Assembly (NCBI GenBank): GCA_964565945.1
Contig: CAZMGY010000012.1
Location: 107,778-139,777 of the forward strand
Reading direction: 5' to 3'
Source: an uncultured bacterium
Lineage (GTDB): Bacteria > GCA-001730085
Length of the DNA stretch: 32,000 bases
A program made the translations under genes and the position numbers. The notes below the pieces were generated by a model that was given only the letters and a program-made list of their open reading frames with translations, was not told the DNA's origin and did not search any database. Shown one piece after another: positions 16,274-23,600 of the stretch (position 1 is the stretch's first letter; each line of letters opens with the position of its first letter).

Positions 16274-19200
16274 ATGAATGAGGGAAATCAATCGCGGTTG
16301 CAAACTTGGTTGCGGATGCAGATGGCGACGGTGTATCTGACCTTGCTTAGGTTGCGAAATACGCTTATGTTTTGGTTGTGGCCTTTATGTGTGGCTAAGG
16401 TACAACAACCGTTTTCTTTTCTTAAGCGAAATCCAAAGTGGCTTTATCGTTTAAAGGTGACTTTATCGGTTTGCCTTACTGCGGTGACGCTTTTCGTTGT
16501 GGCTTGGGGGCCGTTGCGCATGTATTGGGAGCAATATCGTGAAGATCTTAAGGGACGTTGGCATCAGAGCCAGGTTAAAAAACAGGTTCAAAATAAAGAT
16601 CCTTATCAGAAAATATTGACCCGAATGCAATCTTTTGTGAGCGATTATTTTCAATCTGGTCGTGGCTTGCATCCCAGGTATGGTATGCCTTTTCATACGG
16701 TGACAACCGAAGGTGGCTGGCCTTATGTGATTGTCAAGGAAAAGCGTGTTAACCCTAAAGACAATGCTTTTGTTTTGCTTTATGCCTTGCAGGCTTATCG
16801 GCATCAAGGAAAGTTGCGCTCTAAGATGGACATGATTGAGCGCATTTTAGAGTCTTTGGTCGATTTTTCCGAAAAAAACACACACTATCATGGTTTATTT
16901 CCGCTATTGCGCTTTGATTTTAAGGAGGGTTTGCAAGGGGAGTCCAATCAATTGAGCCTAACGGAGAATGCATGGCTGTCTTGGAGTTTGGCGGCTGTGC
17001 AAACCTATTTTATGAGTTTTCCAGAAGAAGATAAAAACGAGCAGGTTAAGCGCATCATAAGTTTAACGGAACCTCTGTTGGATAAACAAGATTATGGGAT
17101 TTTTTATGACGCGAAGAAAAAACGTTTTTTAAGAGAGATGGATCTTAAAAAAAAGTCTACTCAGCTTGGGTCTTACGCCAGATATGCTTGGGAAGAAGAT
17201 GTTTTGGGGTTGTTATGGGCCATTGTCCGGGGGCATCTGCCTAAAGAGGATGTGAGACAAGCCTGGGAGGCGGATATCCCTTTGGTTCTTTCCTTGTATC
17301 CTGCCTCAAATGACTCCTATTGGGATGCTCCCTTGACGCGCCATGGTCACTTGGGCGATTTGGAGCCGCATGTTTTGCTCTTGCCTCACACCGAAAAGGA
17401 GTTAGGCATTTTGACTCAAAATGCGATTGCGATCCATGCGCATCATGCTCATGAAAATCAATGGCCAGGTTTGTTAGGTGCGGGCTATGCAAAAGATGGA
17501 CGTTGGCACTCATCTGGTATTGAGCTATTATCTTTGCAGCAACAGGAATTGCAGCATGCTAGGCCGAGTTTAGGTGTAACAGCCTTAGCTTCGGTTGTGG
17601 CCCCTGATGTTATGCGCCCATGGTTAGCTCAGGCTTTCACAAAACTACAACCGAAACACATTCTTCTTGCCAGGGATGTGGCGTTGATGGGCATGAGTTC
17701 TTGGGGGCCTCCCAAAGATTTGATTCAAAGTTATTTGCAGCGTATCCACAGATGGCCTATGTATCAGCGTCTGTGGTTGCAAAAAGTAGCCCAGACCAAA
17801 ACGAATAAAGCCGGTCAGAATGTGTTAGCTGTTCAGGCGATTGTTCGGGCACCGTCTTTGAGGAGTTCTTATAAGGAGCAACTGCCTTGGGCTTTTGAAC
17901 AAGAGATCAATCTTATGGATATGTTGGCATCGGTATCGGCTAAGACAGAAAGAAGCCAAGATTCGCTTGTTTTGAGTAAGGAGTCGGGGTATTGGACCTT
18001 GCGCTATCGCCTTACGCAACCAGCGCACATTTTTTTTGAATTGGACCAGGGGAGTGTTTTGCCTTGGAATTTTCACGTTATGGAAATGGCCTATGAATGG
18101 GCGTCACAGCAGCAGCTTGCGGTGAAATGGAGCTTTAAGCAACGAGATATTGTCTTGGCTCGCTGTGATCAGAAAAGTTTAGATCAGGGGTTATTTCAAT
18201 GGGATCGAAGTTCTTGGCAGAGTTTACCTTTTGTTTTAAATCACAGTCTTTCGCAATGTCATCGGCGCGCAACACATCTTGTGATGCACCTGTCTTCTCC
18301 TGATAAGTTTATGAAAGGATACCCCGCCGAAGGAGTGATAACATTACAGAATGTGTCTTTGATTCCCGAGAGCATCGAGAGAGATGTTCAAGATTTAGAA
18401 GTACATGTTCATCAGTCGCAGAAGCCCTTGAACTGGGGGGGATATCCTCCAGAATGGCTTGACTGCTTTAGAGGCAAGTATATGGAGGCTCATGGAACCT
18501 TTATGGACTCAAAGGCTACGTATGCCCACTTTGAGCGAAGAAAAGAAACAGAGGGTTTAGTGGGAGTTTCCGTACGCTTTAATTCGAACCATCCTTTAGA
18601 GGAGCCTTGGAAGGCTTTAGGCTTGCGTTTGCAACCAGGTTTATGGGGATCTTTACCTCCTTATATGCAAGTGACAGCGCAGTTTGTGAATGATGCCAAA
18701 GTCCAAACAACATCGTGGAATATCGATTTGAGCCAAGGGCCTTTGGCCGAAAAGGCCAAAGAATATCTTATTCTATCTCTTCCTGAATCGATGGGATGTA
18801 TGAATTTGCGAGAGTTGCGTTGTCACATGGATACCGTTCTTAATGCAGAGAAATTCTACAGTTGGCATGTGAGCGATGTTGCTTTGTTAACTCAGGAAGA
18901 GCGAGAACAGATCAAATTGGATAAGCACGATTTTATTTATGATCATCAGAACCAATTGGTGCGTAATATCTTAAATTCGTCCGTCTCTGTGATCAAAGAT
19001 GCTAAGTGGGTTAGAGAGAATGATGCCGTTATTTTTCCCGAAACGCAAGGTGTGGATCACGTTTTTGAAATAGTGCTATACCCTGAACAAAAGTTACAGG
19101 GTCAGGCGATTGTTATACAAGGAAGCCCTGAGGCTTTGCCTGATGGATTTTTTCGTTTGCAGTTGTATAGCAACGAAGAACTGCTGTTAGATCGGGATAT

Positions 19201-19336
19201 TCATTTGCGTCACGGCCTTCGTTCTCAGCCCATGCGTATAGCGTTACCTCATAGCCTTCTTGGTCGTGTGTTGAATCGAGTCAATGTGTCTCATGTTCAA
19301 GGGGTTGTTCATATCCAGCAGATGTATGTGACCTAA
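16274..19336 (+). CDS. Large (1020 aa) membrane-anchored protein of unknown function
   Basis: This uninterrupted 3-kb ORF starts 20 nt after the M48 gene. It has one clear TM helix (LKVTLSVCLTAVTLFVVAWGPL) near residue 60-80 and is Trp/His/Gln-rich. I recognise no catalytic motif. The N-terminal half has a faint alpha/alpha-toroid glycoside-hydrolase flavour (DNAFVLLYALQAY, LTENAWLSWSLAAV, WEEDVLGLLWAIV), but that is speculation. Confidence 0.7.
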   Translation: MNEGNQSRLQTWLRMQMATVYLTLLRLRNTLMFWLWPLCVAKVQQPFSFLKRNPKWLYRLKVTLSVCLTAVTLFVVAWGPLRMYWEQYREDLKGRWHQSQVKKQVQNKDPYQKILTRMQSFVSDYFQSGRGLHPRYGMPFHTVTTEGGWPYVIVKEKRVNPKDNAFVLLYALQAYRHQGKLRSKMDMIERILESLVDFSEKNTHYHGLFPLLRFDFKEGLQGESNQLSLTENAWLSWSLAAVQTYFMSFPEEDKNEQVKRIISLTEPLLDKQDYGIFYDAKKKRFLREMDLKKKSTQLGSYARYAWEEDVLGLLWAIVRGHLPKEDVRQAWEADIPLVLSLYPASNDSYWDAPLTRHGHLGDLEPHVLLLPHTEKELGILTQNAIAIHAHHAHENQWPGLLGAGYAKDGRWHSSGIELLSLQQQELQHARPSLGVTALASVVAPDVMRPWLAQAFTKLQPKHILLARDVALMGMSSWGPPKDLIQSYLQRIHRWPMYQRLWLQKVAQTKTNKAGQNVLAVQAIVRAPSLRSSYKEQLPWAFEQEINLMDMLASVSAKTERSQDSLVLSKESGYWTLRYRLTQPAHIFFELDQGSVLPWNFHVMEMAYEWASQQQLAVKWSFKQRDIVLARCDQKSLDQGLFQWDRSSWQSLPFVLNHSLSQCHRRATHLVMHLSSPDKFMKGYPAEGVITLQNVSLIPESIERDVQDLEVHVHQSQKPLNWGGYPPEWLDCFRGKYMEAHGTFMDSKATYAHFERRKETEGLVGVSVRFNSNHPLEEPWKALGLRLQPGLWGSLPPYMQVTAQFVNDAKVQTTSWNIDLSQGPLAEKAKEYLILSLPESMGCMNLRELRCHMDTVLNAEKFYSWHVSDVALLTQEEREQIKLDKHDFIYDHQNQLVRNILNSSVSVIKDAKWVRENDAVIFPETQGVDHVFEIVLYPEQKLQGQAIVIQGSPEALPDGFFRLQLYSNEELLLDRDIHLRHGLRSQPMRIALPHSLLGRVLNRVNVSHVQGVVHIQQMYVT

Positions 19337-19374
19337 TCAAAAATTAATTTAAGGAGTTTGAAAAGGAATAAACC

Positions 19375-19403
19375 TTGCGAGAGGCTTGATTTTTCGCTAG
19401 ACT
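19375..19403 (+). promoter_or_regulatory. Possible recA promoter
   Basis: The sequence reads TTGCGA-N17-TAGACT, about 40 nt upstream of the recA ATG. The match is only partial. No LexA-type palindrome was recognised nearby. Confidence 0.3.
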
Positions 19404-19441
19404 ATCCTTCGTTGTATGTGAATATTTAGGAGGGCACCACC

Positions 19442-20503
19442 ATGGCACAAGCAACCAAAGATGAGCGGGTTGAAGCTTTAAATTTAGCTATTAATCAGAT
19501 TGAGAAACAGTTTGGAAAAGGTTCCATTATGAAGTTAGGTGAGGACTTCAAGGTGGATATTCCTGTCATTCGAAGTGGCGCTTTACCTCTCGATATTGCT
19601 ATGGGTGTTGGCGGCTTCCCTCGAGGACGGATTGTTGAAATTTTTGGTCCAGAATCCTCGGGTAAAACAACCTTAGCTCTTCATGCCATTGCTGAGGCAC
19701 AGCGTCAGGGTGGAACAGCCGCATTCATCGATGCAGAGCATGCTTTGGATCCCACTTATGCCAAGAAATTGGGCATTGATTTGGATAATTTACTCGTCTC
19801 TCAGCCAGATACTGGGGAACAAGCTCTTGAAATTTGTGAATTGCTTGTTCGCAGTAATGTTGTTGATTTAATTGTGATTGACTCCGTGGCTGCCTTGGTT
19901 CCTCGCGTGGAAATCGAAGGACAGATGGGCGACAGTCATATGGGAGTTCATGCGCGTTTAATGTCGCAAGCTCTTAGAAAGCTAACAGCGATTATTAATC
20001 GGAGCAAAACCTGTGTTATTTTCATTAATCAGATTCGGATGAAAATCGGTGTGGTGTATGGTAATCCAGAGACCACGACGGGAGGAACAGCCTTAAAGTT
20101 TTATTCATCAATGCGTTTAGAAGTTCGTCGTGTGACGTCCATCAAACAAGGTGAAGATGTAACTGGAAATAAAATTCGGGTTAAAGTGGTCAAAAATAAG
20201 ATGGCGCCACCCTTCAAAACCGTTGAAATGGACATTATTTTTGGTGAAGGAATTTCCCGTGAAAGCTCTTTGATTGATATGGGGGTTGACTTAAAATTAG
20301 CTGAAAAGGCTGGATCTTGGTTTTCTTATAAAAATCAAAGGATTGGCCAGGGCAAAGAAAATGCACGCTTATTTCTGAAAGAGAATCCTAGGTTAGCCAA
20401 TGAACTTGAGAATGAAATTCTTAAGGTTGGTTTAGGTCAAGGAAATTCTGAGTCTCAAACCAATAAACCTTCTGTTAAAGCTGAGAGAAAGGGAAAGGCC
20501 TAG
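19442..20503 (+). CDS. recA: Recombinase RecA
   Basis: Supporting sequence includes [22 protein letters not shown], Walker [54 protein letters not shown] and [20 protein letters not shown] lies upstream. Confidence 0.97.
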   Translation: MAQATKDERVEALNLAINQIEKQFGKGSIMKLGEDFKVDIPVIRSGALPLDIAMGVGGFPRGRIVEIFGPESSGKTTLALHAIAEAQRQGGTAAFIDAEHALDPTYAKKLGIDLDNLLVSQPDTGEQALEICELLVRSNVVDLIVIDSVAALVPRVEIEGQMGDSHMGVHARLMSQALRKLTAIINRSKTCVIFINQIRMKIGVVYGNPETTTGGTALKFYSSMRLEVRRVTSIKQGEDVTGNKIRVKVVKNKMAPPFKTVEMDIIFGEGISRESSLIDMGVDLKLAEKAGSWFSYKNQRIGQGKENARLFLKENPRLANELENEILKVGLGQGNSESQTNKPSVKAERKGKA

Positions 20504-20525
20504 ATAAAAGGAATGTTAAAAGTCC

Positions 20526-20554
20526 TTGACATTTCTCTTTATTTCATCTAAAAT
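20526..20554 (+). promoter_or_regulatory. Sigma70-type promoter upstream of the 1648-aa ORF
   Basis: The sequence reads TTGACA-N17-TAAAAT, with a perfect -35 at 20526-20531 and the -10 at 20549-20554. It lies 23 nt after the recA stop and ~140 nt upstream of the ATG at 20695. Confidence 0.5.
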
Positions 20555-20627
20555 AAGGTGTGCTGGACATGTGTAGAAACGCTTTTACATGTGCTTAGGA
20601 TTACAATGATGTAATTCCAGAAAAATA

Positions 20628-20680
20628 AAGCAAGAGCAACGAAGCTATCTTGTGCTTGTAAGTTTTTTGTTTTATTTTTT
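20628..20680 (+). terminator. Terminator-like hairpin plus T-tract: either the recA terminator or a leader attenuator of the giant ORF
   Basis: AAGCA-AGAG...CTATCTTG-TGCTT (20628-20657) forms an imperfect stem with 5 bp at the base and 3 further pairs. It is preceded by AAAAA and followed, after GTAAG, by TTTTTTGTTTTATTTTTT (20663-20680). The 5-nt gap and the weak stem make it non-canonical. Confidence 0.35.
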
Positions 20681-20694
20681 AAGGGATTATATTA

Positions 20695-23600
20695 ATGTGT
20701 TACAAAAATATATTGTCTTTCATAATTGTTCAGTTTTATCTTGTAGGTGTTTGGGGCGAAGCGCATGCTTACACGAGTGATACACGATCTCAGGTCGTTC
20801 AAAAGATTCCCGATACTTTGGCAACTCCTTCTTTGTTTGCGCCTCATAACATTGAGGCAGAAGTTAACGCATTAACATCACAAGCTTTAGGGGCTCAATC
20901 GCGCAAGAAAAAAGAGATATCGTCCAAAAAAAAAGTTAACATCAAACGTTCCCCAAAAACCCGTTATCAAAGAGGCCAAGTCCGTTCATTCGCTGTGATC
21001 AACGCGACTCAGAAAGTTTTCTTTATTATCCTTTTGTTTGCTGCTTATTGGTTGATTACGGTCTCTGCATGGGCGCCGTTAGGGCTGCTTATTGTTGCAG
21101 CGCTTCTTTTAACGCCTATTTTGGCATCAATGGTGGTTAAAGACAAAGATATATTTGCTGGCTTTTTGATTGTTGTAGGCTTGATTGTTTTAGGCACTGG
21201 TTTTGCTTTACTCCCAACGGTATTGCCCTACATTGGTATGTTGATCGTGGCTATAGGTGTGATCTACTACTTGCAATACATGAAAACATCTCATCTGATT
21301 GGAGAAAGTCAGGCGGTTAATCAAGATGGCCTGTACGAATATAGCAAAAAAGAAAGTTTATATGAATCCTTGGCCGAACCTAAGGATCCTATGATTCCAG
21401 CCATATCTCTTATTATCGAAGCCTTATTAGGTGCTATACTTCTTGTTGGTATTCATTTATTTCCAATAGCAACTTTAGTTGCAGTGGTCATTTTGGGTGC
21501 GATTTTGGCCTTAGGACGTAGCAAGGATCTTTCCAAAATAAAAAAAGTGTACTTGGTTTTGGCAGGGATCTGTTTACTAGCTACAGTTGCTGTGGTTATG
21601 ATTCCTGGTGTTTCTCTGTTATGGTTATTGCCTCCTGCGACAGGGGCTTTGACTTTTCTACTAGGATATATTCGCGTTAAGGGAAGTGAAAAATTTATTA
21701 GTGACGATCTAAAAAAAGAGTCTGAGCAGTTAATTGATGAAGCTCTTGATATAAATCGGCGCTTGCCTACAGGTCAGGAACGACGTTTAGAGTTGATACG
21801 AACCAATATTTACCGTACCTTATTCAATTTGGTTCTCATTGCTACGGTTGTGTGGTCTTTGGTGGCACTTAATTGGATTGCTTTTCTTATTATCTTAGGT
21901 GCAGCATCAATGAGCTTTTTGGCTGTTCAAGATCAAGCCAAATATATCTATGGGTTTATGCTGGTTGGTGCGATTGCTTTTGGTATTGTCGCCGCGATTC
22001 TATTGCCTATGTCTTACCTGATGGTGGCAGGTGCTGTATTTGCTTTGACCGTTTTGTTTTGGATAAACCATAAAGATAGGGACTCCTCACTAGAAGTTAA
22101 CTCTAATAGTCACCAAATAGATGCTTTGACTTCGGCTATGCTGCGTGATGGGCGAAGAGATTTTTCTAAGCAGCCAGGAAAAAGTTATTTTGCTGTTCGT
22201 ACCGCTGTTACCTGGGAAAACCTCTTGGTTGCTTTTTTGATAGCTGGCGTGATTTGGGCAATTAATGCCTCCCTTAGTTGGGGACTTATTCCCATATTGT
22301 TTTTTGTTCTTTTATTAGCCTGGGAAAAAGTATCTAACTCTCAAATCTCTATGTTCTATCTTTTGTTGGTTCCTGCCAGTTTGATTATCCTCGGTGTGGG
22401 TGCTGTATTGGCTAGCCCAGTTACGATCTTTATCGGAATCACCCTTTTTGCTATGGGAGGATTATTTTATGTGTACGATCGCCAAATGGGTGGGCAAGTG
22501 ACAGATCCCAAGGAGCATCCAGATAATCCCTTGAACAATCACTTGTTTTTTCGTGTTTTTCGTGATGGAATCCGTGAGGGGCAAACAACCTCTGGGCGTC
22601 TTGTAGCTATGGGGCTTATTGCTGGTGTGATATTGATGGGAACGCTTTACTGGGCGATGGCGTCGACAGCTCTGACCTGGATGGGTTTTAGTGTTATGCC
22701 TTTACTTATCCTTGTTTTTATCTTGTTGTTCTTACCTCTTTTGGATCGCGATCAACAAGCGCGCAAGGCCATGAAAGATTATGACAAAATTCTTCTTTTG
22801 TTTGGCGCATTCGTGCTGATTGTTGGAGTGATTGTATCAATTGATATCTTGATGCTCATGGGAGGGGCTCTGCTGGCAACAGCTCTTTTATATATCGTTT
22901 ACCGCATGAAACGAGATCCTGATCTTAAGATGGATAATAAATTCAAGGAATTGCAAGAGTATAAGCCTAAAGGTGTGGTTAATCGAGAGCTTGTGGATAT
23001 TATAGATAAACCAGAGAAAGATAATCCTTCACTGCAAAAGGTTCAGCACGTTATTCGTGGAGCTAACAGAAAAGCTCTCGAGCATTTGCAACACAAATAT
23101 CGGATTAATAGTCAGGAAGTTGAGGCCTATAAGGATTGGGGGCATCATTTTCCTATTACTGAAGACAGTCTTGTGTTTGCTGGCGAAATTGGTCCAATTA
23201 TTGTCGAGGGCAAAAAACAAAGAACCTTTAGGTTTTTACCAGCCTTAGGCAACGGACGTATTTCTCTTAATGGAGATAATCCCGAGCATTATGTTGCGGG
23301 TCAAGAGTTTGTGATTGGGGCTGACGATTTATCTAAAAAGAGAGTGCTTTATCATGATTTTTGGAAAGGTTGGTTTAAGTTGAACCATTTCAAAGCGACA
23401 GAGGAGCAAATGAAAGAGTATTTGCTCATGTGGTTTAAAAGAGAAGCTAAATATTTGCAAGAAATAGGGGATAGCAAAGATTACGGGCAGGGACTTGTTT
23501 TTGCTGGAAACATCAAAGGCCAGGTGGGGGAATTCATCCTTGAAGGCCATGAGAATATTAATGCAATCCAAAAGGCGGTTCATAGGCGAGCTGATAAAGG

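Noticed and set aside
20555-20694. The idea that the leader of the NadE-like giant gene is an NAD+-sensing riboswitch
   Set aside because: The idea is attractive given the downstream domain, but I cannot match the leader to the nadA or pnuC motif consensus from memory. Only a covariance-model scan could support it, so I report it only as a structured leader.
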